Below are positions 1 to 9,399 of a DNA stretch of 64,000 nucleotides, piece after piece. Origin of the DNA: an uncultured Gammaproteobacteria bacterium (GTDB lineage: Bacteria; Pseudomonadota; Gammaproteobacteria; Eutrophobiales; Eutrophobiaceae); assembly GCA_943788005.1 (NCBI GenBank), contig CALSOP010000008.1:129463-193462 (forward strand), in the 5' to 3' direction. The notes beneath the pieces were generated by a model. That model searched no databases and had not been told where the DNA came from. It saw only the letters and a program-made list of their open reading frames with translations. Every line of letters begins with the position of its first letter. The first letter of the stretch is position 1. The position numbers were made by a program, and so were the translations under genes.

Positions 1-1
1 G

Positions 2-154
2 CTTGCAGATATTAAAAAGGCAATGCTGGATGCAGATGCGAATCCGTTAATGATCCCTGCGGCAGTCTCAGTAACTAAAGAGATACCTAAGCTGGGCAGC
101 GGGAAGACGGATTTCAAGTTGGCAAAGAAGTTGTTGATTGATAAAAATTATTAG
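2..154 (+). CDS. 3' end of an AMP-dependent synthetase/ligase (acyl-ACP/acyl-CoA synthetase-like), partial
   Basis: Open frame from the window edge to TAG at 152-154. The C-terminal motif EIPKLGSGKTDF is typical of the adenylate-forming enzyme C-terminus. Confidence 0.5.
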   Translation, partial: LADIKKAMLDADANPLMIPAAVSVTKEIPKLGSGKTDFKLAKKLLIDKNY

Positions 155-175
155 CAAATGAAAAAGGAGATTTAT

Positions 176-1066
176 ATGAAATTACAAACGCCTCTTATAT
201 CGACCAACCGGCTCGAAGAATGTCTTGGGGAACCCGATCTAAGAATCTATGACGTAACACTTTATGTCGAATATAAGGGTGATGCTGGTAACAGCTTCGG
301 TGGTTATAATCTCGATTCTGAAACTCCTCGTAAAGAGTGGGAACAGGCACATATACCGGGCTCAGATTTTATCGATATTAATGGCGAACTGTTTGACGCT
401 AATAACAGTGTTCCATTTATGATGCCGACACCGGAAACATTTGCTGCTGCGATTGCTGCGCATGGTGTGGCTGATAATACGGCTGTTGTTCTATTGAGCA
501 AGGGGAGTCAGATGTGGGCTACAAGAATTTGGTGGATGCTGCGTTCTATCGGGTTTAACAATGTGGCCGTATTGGATGGCGGATGGGAGAAGTGGCAGCA
601 TGAAGGCCGCTCCACAGACAATGAGGTTTCCAATTATCCGCCAGGAAAGCTCTCTGTGAACCCACGTCCGGAGATGTGGGTTGATAAGAATAAGATGCTT
701 GAAGTTATAGATAAAGGTGGTCCGACCATGGTAAACGCGTTACCCGCCGAGGTGTATACAGGAGAATTAAATCGTTATGGTCGACCCGGTCACTTACCGG
801 GTAGCTACAGCGTACCTTATGACTCGATCATTGATCCCGACACAGGCGAGTTCCTGAAGTCGGATGAGTTACGGCCTTTATTTGCAAAGAGTGGTGCTTT
901 GGAAACGGATAGTGTGATTGCCTATTGTGGTGGTGGTATTTCTGCAACCATGGATTGCCTAGCCATGAGTTTATGTGGGCAAGATAATGTCGCTGTGTAC
1001 GATGGCTCAATGAATGAGTGGGTTCTCGATGAGTCACTACCTCTAAAACTCGGTGTTGAGCCGTAG
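176..1066 (+). CDS. Tandem-rhodanese sulfurtransferase (thiosulfate/3-mercaptopyruvate sulfurtransferase-like)
   Basis: Two rhodanese-like halves with an active-site loop CGGGISA near the C-terminus. AAGGAG at 163-168 favours the ATG at 176 over the track start at 158. Confidence 0.8.
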   Translation: MKLQTPLISTNRLEECLGEPDLRIYDVTLYVEYKGDAGNSFGGYNLDSETPRKEWEQAHIPGSDFIDINGELFDANNSVPFMMPTPETFAAAIAAHGVADNTAVVLLSKGSQMWATRIWWMLRSIGFNNVAVLDGGWEKWQHEGRSTDNEVSNYPPGKLSVNPRPEMWVDKNKMLEVIDKGGPTMVNALPAEVYTGELNRYGRPGHLPGSYSVPYDSIIDPDTGEFLKSDELRPLFAKSGALETDSVIAYCGGGISATMDCLAMSLCGQDNVAVYDGSMNEWVLDESLPLKLGVEP

Positions 1067-1118
1067 GTCTAAAAGATTACGTATGATACATATTTTTTAT
1101 TACAATATGTGATTTGAC

Positions 1119-1145
1119 AGCGTCATGGCGTATTGCCATGACGCT
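1119..1145 (+). terminator. Perfect 11-bp stem hairpin downstream of the sulfurtransferase gene
   Basis: agcgtcatggc-gtatt-gccatgacgct followed by atttg. The T-tract is weak. Confidence 0.35.
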
Positions 1146-1214
1146 ATTTGAAGATGTCAAAAAATGCTTTTTCGTTATTGAATTATACATACACTTGAAA
1201 CAGTGAAAATGTTT

Positions 1215-1276
1215 TGGTGCCGAGAACAGGTCTTACACGTTACATAACAATATATTAATACCGTTTTCAGGGGTTG
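1215..1276. repeat. Distal copy of the tRNA-Leu 3'-end core (tggtgccgagaa) plus a conserved 47-nt arm
   Basis: The 12-nt core is identical to the complement of the tRNA-Leu 3' end at 2233-2244. The following arm, gtcttacacgttacataacaatatattaataccgttttcaggggttg, recurs at 1786-1832. Confidence 0.7.
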
Positions 1277-1294
1277 TTTAAAAAAAACTGTTAG

Positions 1295-1711
1295 ATGCTA
1301 AAAGTGATTCGACATCCTCTTATACGGCTCGCCGCATTGGCTATCGGTAGTGTTATAATCAGCTACGCGTATGTGATGGTCATGGGATTTGTCGCGGTTA
1401 ATTTCCCGAGCGTACCGATATATCGATTCTTAGGCTCTATTGCTCCATTTACATATGGTTGGATTGCGTCGATGGTGATCGGTTTATTAGTTGTACTACC
1501 ACTTGGTATATTTCTATTTTCAAACCCGATAAAGACAGCATTTTCGCTATCTATACTTGTAGTAGCGTTTTTGTTTGTGACATCAATGAGCTTTCGAATG
1601 AGCGGAGTAACAAGCATTGCAGTATCTGATTACGCGGGGATCATTTCGGTGTTTACGTTGTGTGGGTATTTGAGCTCGCATCTAACAAAGCGTTGGACAC
1701 ATGACCCATGA
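1295..1711 (+). CDS. Hypothetical multi-pass membrane protein (module 1 cargo)
   Basis: 138-aa ORF with about four hydrophobic segments. I recognised no family. Confidence 0.4.
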   Translation: MLKVIRHPLIRLAALAIGSVIISYAYVMVMGFVAVNFPSVPIYRFLGSIAPFTYGWIASMVIGLLVVLPLGIFLFSNPIKTAFSLSILVVAFLFVTSMSFRMSGVTSIAVSDYAGIISVFTLCGYLSSHLTKRWTHDP

Positions 1712-1727
1712 TAGCGCGGCGTTACTT

Positions 1728-1832
1728 CTGCTTATGGTCGATTGCTGAATTATTTTTTGTAAATCAAAAATGATGCAGAGAAAACGTCTTACTCGTTACA
1801 TAACAATATATTAATACCGTTTTCAGGGGTTG
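1728..1832. repeat. Internal copy: tRNA-flank-like arm, degenerate tRNA-Leu 3'-end core (tgatgcagagaa) and the conserved 47-nt arm
   Basis: 1728-1770 resembles 2190-2232 (ctgcttatg..gaattattttttgtaaatcaaaaa against ctgcttatg..gaattaatattagtaaatcaaaaa). 1786-1832 matches 1230-1276 with 1 mismatch. Confidence 0.7.
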
Positions 1833-1908
1833 CTTAGTAATATCAATATGACCAGAAGGGGATGGATGCTAATATTAACTGACTCACTTATATAAAGGGG
1901 CACTTAAC

Positions 1909-2130
1909 ATGGAATGTATGATTCAATCAGAGCTCATTTATTTTAAGATTGGCGGCTTTCTTCTCTCTCTGAAATTTCTCAAGGATTTTTTTCAAGGACG
2001 TACAAGAATTGGTGGAGCTAGACCACTTTATAGAGATGAAGAGCCAATACAATATTGGTTTTGCATGATGCTGACTATAATACCGGCATCTGCTTTATTG
2101 TACTTTGGTTATTATTATTGTTCCGCTTAA
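1909..2130 (+). CDS. Hypothetical small membrane protein (module 2 cargo)
   Basis: 73-aa ORF with two hydrophobic stretches and no recognised family. Coding status is uncertain. Confidence 0.3.
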   Translation: MECMIQSELIYFKIGGFLLSLKFLKDFFQGRTRIGGARPLYRDEEPIQYWFCMMLTIIPASALLYFGYYYCSA

Positions 2131-2232
2131 ATGATATTGACTAATGTATAAGCTAGAAATAGCAGTTAAAATTGTCTTTGATAATTCATCTGCTTATGAC
2201 CGAATTCTGAATTAATATTAGTAAATCAAAAA

Positions 2233-2319
2233 TGGTGCCGAGAAGAGGACTTGAACCTCCACAGGGTTACCCCTACTAGCACCTGAAGCTAGCGCGTCTA
2301 CCAATTCCGCCACCTCGGC
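2233..2319 (-). tRNA. tRNA-Leu (anticodon CAG), 87 nt with a long variable arm and encoded CCA
   Basis: The reverse complement reads gccgaggtggcggaattggtagacgcgctagcttCAGgtgctagtaggggtaaccctgtggaggttcaagtcctcttctcggcacca. It folds as a cloverleaf with an anticodon loop ttCAGgt. Confidence 0.9.
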
Positions 2320-2430
2320 ATAATTTAAATTGGCACCAAACCTAATATTCTAGTTTTATTCATACAAACGCGCTACGCGCGGTCGCTTTTATGCATCCAT
2401 GCCGCCGCGACACTTATGCATCCTGCATGT

Positions 2431-2455
2431 CGTCTATCATTTCCGCCACCTCGGC
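2431..2455 (-). repeat. Orphan duplicate of the tRNA-Leu 5' end (acceptor and D-arm fragment)
   Basis: cgtctatcatttccgccacctcggc against cgtctaccaattccgccacctcggc in the intact gene, 22/25 identical. No T-arm or 3' half follows. Confidence 0.6.
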
Positions 2456-2529
2456 ATGTGTTATAGTGGTTGTTCTTAAAGAGGTCGGACTTTAACTAGC
2501 CCCTATAATATTGTCAATCCAGAAAGGCC

Positions 2530-4701
2530 ATGAGTAAAAAATCTAAACCACAATCATCCTCAAATAAGGACTTCAAGTTACCAGAACGTGAAGCCATATT
2601 GGCGTTCTTAAGTGAAGCAGGACGACCACTGAAGCGTAAGCAATTCGCTGAGGCATTTGCTATCCACGATCCGGAGATTCGTCAGGCATTAGGTCGTAGG
2701 CTTAAGGCGATGGAACGTGATGGTCAATTGATCCGTAATCGACGTGGTAGCTATGGGTTGATTGAAAAGATGGACTTGATTAAAGGTCGCGTAATTGGAC
2801 ACCCAGATGGTTATGGCTTTGTCGTTCCCGATGAAGGTGGAAAAGATCTGTATTTGTCAGGAAAAGAAATGCGCACTGTTTTAAATGGCGATCGCGTTTT
2901 AGTGCGTCAGGTGAGCGTTGATAAACAAGGTAAACGCGAAGGAGCATTAGTTGAAATCCTAGAGCGTGCAAATACACAGCTAGTAGGACGTTACTATGAA
3001 GAAGACGGTATTGCTTATGTCGTTCCCGATAATAAACGATTAAGTCAGGATTTATTAGTCCCGACAAAAAATAGAAACCAGGCAAAGCACGGGCAATATG
3101 TTGTCGCTAAGATTGTGCACCAACCTGAAAAGCATCGACAAGCTATAGGTGAAGTTTTGAGCATCATAGGTGATGGCCTTGATGCAAGTATGGCTGTCGA
3201 TCTTGCCATTAGAAGCTATGACTTGCCATTTGAATGGACGGAAGATATCAATGGTGAGATTTCAGGATTAACAGAGGAAGTTGATTCGGAAAATATCTCT
3301 GATAGGACTGATTGCCGAGATATTCCCTTCGTTACCATTGATGGTGAAGACGCACGCGATTTTGATGATGCGGTTTTTTGCCAAAAAGAGGGCAATGATA
3401 AAGGGAGTGGCTGGCGTTTATTGGTTGCGATTGCGGATGTCTCTCACTATGTGAAAAAACAAAGTGCGCTCGATGATGAAGCGCGCTTACGAGGTACCTC
3501 GGTTTATTTCCCTGATCGCGTTATTCCCATGCTGCCAGAAATAATATCGAATGGTTTATGTTCGCTTAAGCCCGAGGTTGATCGGTACAGTCTGGTTTGT
3601 GAATTAAATATTGATGCTAAAGGCAAGGTTAAACGCTCATCTTTCTTCAAGGGAATTATCAAATCAGCGGCCCGGTTAACCTATACGGAAATGTCTGCGA
3701 TTGTTGTTGAAAAGGATAATGATGCAAGAAAGGAACGTGAAGCACTTGTGCCTCATCTCGATGGTTTGTATCAGCTATATCAGTTGTTACATGGAGAACG
3801 CAAGAAACAAGGTCTAATAAATTTTTCTTCACTTGAATCGCGTTTTGAATTTAATGATAAAGGCCATATAGAAGCCATTCATACCGTTGAAAGAAATGAG
3901 GCGCATCGTTTAATCGAAGAGATGATGCTAGTGGCCAATGTTGCAGCTGGTGAGTTTCTTGAAAAGCATGAAATTCCAACAATGTACCGTATTCATGAAA
4001 CGCCGAAGTTGGAAAAGCTTGAGAACGTGCGGTCATTATTGTCGCAACTGGGTTTGTCATTAGGTGGTGGTGAAGAACCTACGTCTAAAGATTATGCAAA
4101 GTTGATGGACGTTATTGGAAAACGCGATGATGCACAAATGTTGGAAACGGTTTTGCTACGCAGTATGCCGCTTGCATCGTACAGCATGGTGAATGAAGGG
4201 CATTTTGGTTTGGGTTTTCCTATCTATGCACACTTCACATCGCCTATCCGCCGTTATCCTGACCTGATGGTTCATCGAGGAATAGTCCATATTATTGGAG
4301 GCAACACGGCAGCAACGTTTAGTTACTCTCCACAGCAGGTTTTGGAATTGGCCGAACATTGTTCAATGACAGAGCGTCGTGCTGAAGAGGCGTCTCGCGA
4401 TGCTGTGCAACGGCTTAAGTGTGCCTTTATGGAAGATAAGGTTGGCGAAACCTTTAGTGGTATGGTGAGTTCAGTGACATCATTTGGTTTGTTTATCGTA
4501 CTGGATGATATATTTATTGAGGGTTTGATTCATATTAGTAATCTTCCGGTAGATTATTATCACTTTGATGCAATTACACATACCTTGCGTGGTGAACGTG
4601 GAGGTAAGGTTTTCAAGCTTGGACAGAAACTCAATGTGCTAGTTACACGAGTTGATTTAGAAGAGCGTAAAATAGACTTTGAGTTAAAAGGAAATGAGTA
4701 A
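2530..4701 (+). CDS. rnr: Ribonuclease R
   Basis: 723 aa with an N-terminal winged-helix/cold-shock region, an RNB catalytic core (DGEDARDFDDAV) and a C-terminal S1 domain. Conserved rnr-rlmB pairing. Confidence 0.95.
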   Translation: MSKKSKPQSSSNKDFKLPEREAILAFLSEAGRPLKRKQFAEAFAIHDPEIRQALGRRLKAMERDGQLIRNRRGSYGLIEKMDLIKGRVIGHPDGYGFVVPDEGGKDLYLSGKEMRTVLNGDRVLVRQVSVDKQGKREGALVEILERANTQLVGRYYEEDGIAYVVPDNKRLSQDLLVPTKNRNQAKHGQYVVAKIVHQPEKHRQAIGEVLSIIGDGLDASMAVDLAIRSYDLPFEWTEDINGEISGLTEEVDSENISDRTDCRDIPFVTIDGEDARDFDDAVFCQKEGNDKGSGWRLLVAIADVSHYVKKQSALDDEARLRGTSVYFPDRVIPMLPEIISNGLCSLKPEVDRYSLVCELNIDAKGKVKRSSFFKGIIKSAARLTYTEMSAIVVEKDNDARKEREALVPHLDGLYQLYQLLHGERKKQGLINFSSLESRFEFNDKGHIEAIHTVERNEAHRLIEEMMLVANVAAGEFLEKHEIPTMYRIHETPKLEKLENVRSLLSQLGLSLGGGEEPTSKDYAKLMDVIGKRDDAQMLETVLLRSMPLASYSMVNEGHFGLGFPIYAHFTSPIRRYPDLMVHRGIVHIIGGNTAATFSYSPQQVLELAEHCSMTERRAEEASRDAVQRLKCAFMEDKVGETFSGMVSSVTSFGLFIVLDDIFIEGLIHISNLPVDYYHFDAITHTLRGERGGKVFKLGQKLNVLVTRVDLEERKIDFELKGNE

Positions 4702-5443
4702 ACGAACCGATCAAATTTTTGGCTTGCACGCGGTTAAGCAGATTTTAGAGAATTCACCTGAAACCATATTGAATACATGGATACAAGAATCAATTCAATC
4801 TGAATCGGTACGCTTGATTCATGAGTCACTTAAAGACTTAGGTGTTTCGATTCAAATAGTGCCACGTGCTACCTTGGGTAAAATGGTTAAGAATCAGAAT
4901 CATCAAGGTGTGATTTTAGAAGTTCGAAAAGCGGCAAAGAAAACGGAACAGGATCTCGATGATGTCCTAGAACAAAATCAAGATAGTAATCCGCTCTATT
5001 TAGTACTCGACTCAATACAAGATCCACATAATCTAGGTGCCTGTATCCGAACGGCTGATGCGGCAGGAGTAACCGCGGTGATTATCCCGAATGATCGCGC
5101 GGCAAGTATTAATGAAACAGTGCGTAAAGTTGCGAGTGGCGCGGTCGAGAATGTCACCGTTATCAGCGTAGTCAATTTGGTACGTGCGATGAAGAAGATA
5201 AAAGAAGCGGGTGTCTGGGTGGTTGGAACAGCAGGTGATGCGAAACAATCAATATATGAGCTTGATTTAAAGATTCCCACAGCCATAGTCATGGGTGGCG
5301 AAGGTAAAGGCATGAGAGACTCGGTTCAGAAAGAATGCGACTACACCGCTTCACTACCCATTCATGGACATGTTGAGAGCTTGAATGTCTCGGTCGCAGC
5401 AGGCGTGGTTTTATATGAAGCTGTCAGGCAACGAAGTATCTGA
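4694..5443 (+). CDS. rlmB: 23S rRNA (guanosine-2'-O-)-methyltransferase RlmB (SpoU family)
   Basis: SpoU/TrmH motifs (DPHNLGA, GGEGKG, ESLNVSVA). Overlaps the rnr stop, which is the typical operon arrangement. Confidence 0.9.
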   Translation: MSKRTDQIFGLHAVKQILENSPETILNTWIQESIQSESVRLIHESLKDLGVSIQIVPRATLGKMVKNQNHQGVILEVRKAAKKTEQDLDDVLEQNQDSNPLYLVLDSIQDPHNLGACIRTADAAGVTAVIIPNDRAASINETVRKVASGAVENVTVISVVNLVRAMKKIKEAGVWVVGTAGDAKQSIYELDLKIPTAIVMGGEGKGMRDSVQKECDYTASLPIHGHVESLNVSVAAGVVLYEAVRQRSI

Positions 5444-5530
5444 ATCTCAATGATTTAACCTGAAAATGTAGAAAAATAGTGATGTTTGACTATTTTCAGA
5501 CTGATTTCTGCAATTTCAGCCTGTATCGCA

Positions 5531-5559
5531 TTGCAGTAGGCAATCCAATCCATTAGAAT
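5531..5559 (+). promoter_or_regulatory. Candidate sigma70 promoter of the rpsF operon
   Basis: TTGCAG, 17-bp spacer, TAGAAT, about 70 nt upstream of the rpsF ATG. Confidence 0.35.
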
Positions 5560-5629
5560 CGCGCCACTTTATACATCCTTGCCTCACCCTGAAATGACTG
5601 GGGAGGCTAATAAACCTTGGGGATACACA

Positions 5630-6133
5630 ATGAGACATTATGAAATCGTCTTTCTGGTTCATCCGGATCAGAGCGAGCAAGTTCCTGCAATGATAGAACG
5701 CTATCAGAGCATCGTCACAAGCAATAACGGCACAATCCATCGTTTGGAAGATTGGGGTCGTCGGCTGTTGGCATATCCAATTAACAAAATCCACAAGGCA
5801 CACTATGTTCTTATGAACATCGAATGTGATGCCGAATCTCTAAATCAATTAACGGATGGTTTTCGTTTCAACGATGCTGTTATCCGTAATCTGGTTATCA
5901 AAAAGGATGAAGCTGTTACTGAAGCATCTCACTTGATTAAAGCCAAGGAAGAAGAACAGTCACGACCAGAACGTGTCGCGGCAGCACCGGTGCCACCTGT
6001 AGCTACTGAAGAAGCCACTCCAGCGGAATCTGCAGTTGCTGAAGAAACCGTTGCAGCTGAGACAGCTGTTGAAGAAAGCAGTCAGGACGAAGCAACTGAA
6101 GAAGTTGCCGATAAGCCTGAATCAGAAGATTAA
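5630..6133 (+). CDS. rpsF: 30S ribosomal protein S6 with an extended acidic A/E/T-rich C-terminal tail
   Basis: [18 protein letters not shown] is the canonical S6 N-terminus. The track start at 5579 is an upstream extension. Confidence 0.9.
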   Translation: MRHYEIVFLVHPDQSEQVPAMIERYQSIVTSNNGTIHRLEDWGRRLLAYPINKIHKAHYVLMNIECDAESLNQLTDGFRFNDAVIRNLVIKKDEAVTEASHLIKAKEEEQSRPERVAAAPVPPVATEEATPAESAVAEETVAAETAVEESSQDEATEEVADKPESED

Positions 6134-6150
6134 ATTGAGAGGATTATAAA

Positions 6151-6375
6151 ATGGCTCGTTATTTCAAACGTAAAAGATTTTGCAGATTTACGGCGGATGG
6201 TGTCAAAGAGATTGATTACAAAGATCTCAATACATTAAAGAATTATGTGTCTGAAAATGGAAAGATTGTTCCAAGCCGAATTTCAGGCACAAATGCTCGT
6301 TATCAAAGACAGTTATCAACTGCAATTAAGCGTGCTCGCTATCTTGCTTTGATCCCTTATTGTGACGCGCATTAG
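6151..6375 (+). CDS. rpsR: 30S ribosomal protein S18
   Basis: [13 protein letters not shown]...YQRQL...IKRARYLAL is canonical S18. Confidence 0.95.
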   Translation: MARYFKRKRFCRFTADGVKEIDYKDLNTLKNYVSENGKIVPSRISGTNARYQRQLSTAIKRARYLALIPYCDAH

Positions 6376-6402
6376 GCGGACTAAATAAATTATATACAGC
6401 AT

Positions 6403-6429
6403 ATGTTCATCTACTTTTTAGATGGACAT
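6403..6429 (+). terminator. Hairpin (possible attenuator) between rpsR and the membrane gene
   Basis: atgttcatcta-ctttt-tagatggacat gives an 11-bp stem with one G-U pair. The T-tract is poor. Confidence 0.3.
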
Positions 6430-6479
6430 ATTTAATGCAAGAACCAATTGTAAATTGGTCGAGTAGCAGTCATTACTAA

Positions 6480-7382
6480 ATGATCGGCAACTATCTATTG
6501 AGTGGCAGATTTCAGGCCATTGCAGCGACATCCTTTAGTGCTCTGATTTCGTTGTTATTGCCGCCACTTGCCTTTCTTATTAGTGGTTCTGTTGTTGCCT
6601 TGATAACCCTAAGGAAAGGGGCAACTGTAGCACTACAAATTTTGATGGGAAGTCTGTTGGTGTTAGTGGCATTTTCACTACTTGCAAACTTACCAATACA
6701 ACTGGTTTTTATTTACGCATTAGTGATTTGGGTACCTGTCTGGTCCGCAGCGGTAGTACTTCGTTATTGTGAACGGCAGGGGATATTACTACTTGCAACT
6801 GGATTATTGGCAACGGCGTTAATTGTCGCGATATATCTCATTGTTGGTGATGTCTCAGAATGGTGGCAGCAGTGGTTGACTATCATGCTAGAGAAAACGG
6901 TACCGCCAGAAGATTTAGTCCAGTATAAGGAAGTATTGGAACCAGCAGTGGGCATGGTCAATGCGATGATGATTGCCGGTTTTATGTTGAATGTAGTAAT
7001 GGGTGTGTTGTGCGGCAGGTGGTGGCAATCAAGATTGTTTAACCCAGGGGCATTTCAAAAGGAATTTTATGCGCTGAATTTACCATCGCAAATATTGCCA
7101 GTAAGTGCCCTGATTGTGCTGTTAGTAATTGTATTAACTGAACCTTGGCAGAATTTGTTCAGGGATATTATGGTTGTTTTGATGTTTATGTATCTGATAC
7201 AAGGCATCTCGTCAGTACACCGAAACGTTGATAAATTTAAGCTATCAACGGCTTGGATTGTATCGATGTATTGTTTGTTATTGCTCTTACCGCAAATGGC
7301 GTTATTTATTGCCTGTTTGGGTATGACCGATATATATGTTGGGTGGCGTAGAGGAAAAATTGGCTCCAAAAATGAATTGTGA
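6480..7382 (+). CDS. Multi-pass inner-membrane protein, DUF2232/YybS-like
   Basis: 300 aa with about 8 hydrophobic helices. Its position between rpsR and rplI matches the yybS-type arrangement. Confidence 0.55.
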   Translation: MIGNYLLSGRFQAIAATSFSALISLLLPPLAFLISGSVVALITLRKGATVALQILMGSLLVLVAFSLLANLPIQLVFIYALVIWVPVWSAAVVLRYCERQGILLLATGLLATALIVAIYLIVGDVSEWWQQWLTIMLEKTVPPEDLVQYKEVLEPAVGMVNAMMIAGFMLNVVMGVLCGRWWQSRLFNPGAFQKEFYALNLPSQILPVSALIVLLVIVLTEPWQNLFRDIMVVLMFMYLIQGISSVHRNVDKFKLSTAWIVSMYCLLLLLPQMALFIACLGMTDIYVGWRRGKIGSKNEL

Positions 7383-7441
7383 GACGAGTCAGTGAGAAAA
7401 GAATCTGTTATTATAAAATTGTTATGAATTGAGGTAGTCTG

Positions 7442-7897
7442 ATGGAAGTTATTTTGCTTGAAAAAGTACACAAACTCGGTGAGTTAGGTGATCAGGTCAA
7501 GGTCAAACCTGGATTTGGTAGAAACTACCTTATCCCGAGTGGTAAAGCCGTTTCTGCAACTGCAGATAATATTGCCAAGTTTGACGCGCGAAGGGCTGAG
7601 CTGGAAAAACACCAGGAAGAATCGCTATCTGCGGCGAATGCTCGTGCTGAGAAATTAAATTCGGTAAGCATTTCTATCGCACGCAAAGCGGGTGCTGAAG
7701 GTAAATTATTCGGTTCGGTTGGTACTATCGATATTGCTGATACGGTTGTAGAATCTGGTGTCGAATTGGCTAAACATGAAATTAGATTACCGGATGGACC
7801 GATACGTAGTACGGGTGAATTTGAAGTTGATGTTCATCTTCATGCCGATGTATCTGCTAAAATTAAGGTGAATGTTGTTCCGGAAGAAGAAGATTAA
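7442..7897 (+). CDS. rplI: 50S ribosomal protein L9
   Basis: [32 protein letters not shown] is canonical L9. Confidence 0.95.
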   Translation: MEVILLEKVHKLGELGDQVKVKPGFGRNYLIPSGKAVSATADNIAKFDARRAELEKHQEESLSAANARAEKLNSVSISIARKAGAEGKLFGSVGTIDIADTVVESGVELAKHEIRLPDGPIRSTGEFEVDVHLHADVSAKIKVNVVPEEED

Positions 7898-7935
7898 TTT
7901 TCCACTCGGGAACAACAATACAATTAATTCTTCTA

Positions 7936-7966
7936 AATAGCCTTTAATCAGGCTATTTTCTGTTTT
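7936..7966 (+). terminator. Rho-independent terminator after rplI
   Basis: aatagcc-tttaatca-ggctatt followed by ttctgtttt. Confidence 0.45.
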
Positions 7967-7995
7967 ATATGGATCGACTCGATCCCGGGACTGTT

Positions 7996-9399
7996 ATGCA
8001 GGAATCGATACATACATCTTTATCGAGTGATGCTGAGACTCTGGCATTAAAGATTCCGCCGCATTCCATAGAAGCAGAACAAGCTGTTTTAGGCGGCGCA
8101 TTTCTAGACAAAGAAGCCTGGGATAAGGTAGTCGAACGCGTTCGCGAAGAAGATTTCTATCGAAAAGATCATCGTATTATTTTCCGAGCTATAAGTGCGC
8201 TCAGTGAAGATGGTCAACCCTACGATATCGTTACTGTCGCGGAGTGGTTGGAAAATCACCAGCTACTTGATGAAGCCGGCGGTATGCGTAACCTTGCTGC
8301 TCTTGCTGAAAATACACCTAGTGCAAGTAATATTAGTGCCTATGCTGATATCGTACGTAAACGCTCTATTCTCAGACAATTAATCAGTGCAACTACCGAT
8401 ATTAACGATACTGTCTTTAATCCTCAGGGTCGTAGTAGCGAGCAAATCCTCGAATTTGCTGAACAAACTGTTTTTGAAATTGCTGAAAATGAAAATCGCG
8501 GCCGAAAAAGTTACCAAGAGATCAAAGAGTTTCTGAAAGAAGCCTTGAATAGAGTGGATGAATTGTTCCACAAAGATAGCCCTATTACCGGTATAGCTAC
8601 CGGTTATGAAGATCTCGATTTAAAGACAGCAGGTTTTCAGCGTTCTGATTTAATTATTGTTGCTGGCAGACCCTCTATGGGAAAGACTGCCTTTGCGGTG
8701 AACATAGCAGAAAATGCAGCGATTAAAGGACAGCATAGCGTTGCTATTTTCAGTATGGAAATGCCTGGCGAGCAGCTCGCCATGCGTATGATGTCTTCAC
8801 TTGGCCGGATCGATCAACATAAGGTTCGAACAGGAAAACTGGATGATGACGATTGGCCGAGATTAACCTCGGCAGTGGGTATGTTACAAGAAACGCGCAT
8901 GTTTATTGATGATACGCCTGCACTAACGCCAGCTGAGCTAAGAGCACGCTGTCGCCGTATTTCGAGAGAGCATGGACTTGACCTCGTTGTTGTCGATTAT
9001 TTGCAACTGATGCAAGTAGCGGGTACAAATGAAAATAGGGCAACTGAAATTTCAGAAATTTCACGCTCCTTAAAGGCGATGGCAAAAGAACTTAAAGTGC
9101 CTGTTATTGCTTTATCACAGCTAAATCGAAGCCTTGAATCACGTACGGACAGAAGACCTGTGATGTCGGACTTGCGTGAATCAGGCGCTATTGAACAAGA
9201 CGCTGATGTCATTCTGTTTATCTATCGTGATGAAGTTTATGATGAAGAAAGTAATGACAAGGGCATAGCAGAAATAATTATCGGTAAACAGCGTAATGGC
9301 CCGATAGGAAAGGTTAAATTGGCTTTTCGTGGCCAATACACACGCTTTGAAAATCTAGCAGATGATTATGTTCATTCACCTAATGGGTTTTCTGAATGA
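7996..9399 (+). CDS. dnaB: Replicative DNA helicase DnaB
   Basis: The PPHSIEAEQAVLG N-terminal motif, Walker A GRPSMGKT, and the RecA-like C-terminal domain. The ATG at 7996 lies downstream of the rplI terminator, but the track start at 7969 is possible. Confidence 0.95.
   Translation: MQESIHTSLSSDAETLALKIPPHSIEAEQAVLGGAFLDKEAWDKVVERVREEDFYRKDHRIIFRAISALSEDGQPYDIVTVAEWLENHQLLDEAGGMRNLAALAENTPSASNISAYADIVRKRSILRQLISATTDINDTVFNPQGRSSEQILEFAEQTVFEIAENENRGRKSYQEIKEFLKEALNRVDELFHKDSPITGIATGYEDLDLKTAGFQRSDLIIVAGRPSMGKTAFAVNIAENAAIKGQHSVAIFSMEMPGEQLAMRMMSSLGRIDQHKVRTGKLDDDDWPRLTSAVGMLQETRMFIDDTPALTPAELRARCRRISREHGLDLVVVDYLQLMQVAGTNENRATEISEISRSLKAMAKELKVPVIALSQLNRSLESRTDRRPVMSDLRESGAIEQDADVILFIYRDEVYDEESNDKGIAEIIIGKQRNGPIGKVKLAFRGQYTRFENLADDYVHSPNGFSE

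Noticed and set aside
2340-2430. Possible second tRNA or structured RNA between tRNA-Leu and the 5'-end fragment (GC-rich, with several short palindromes)
   Set aside because: No T-arm (GTTCRANYC) or anticodon stem-loop of correct geometry is present. Only the 25-nt 5'-end duplicate at 2431-2455 is convincing.
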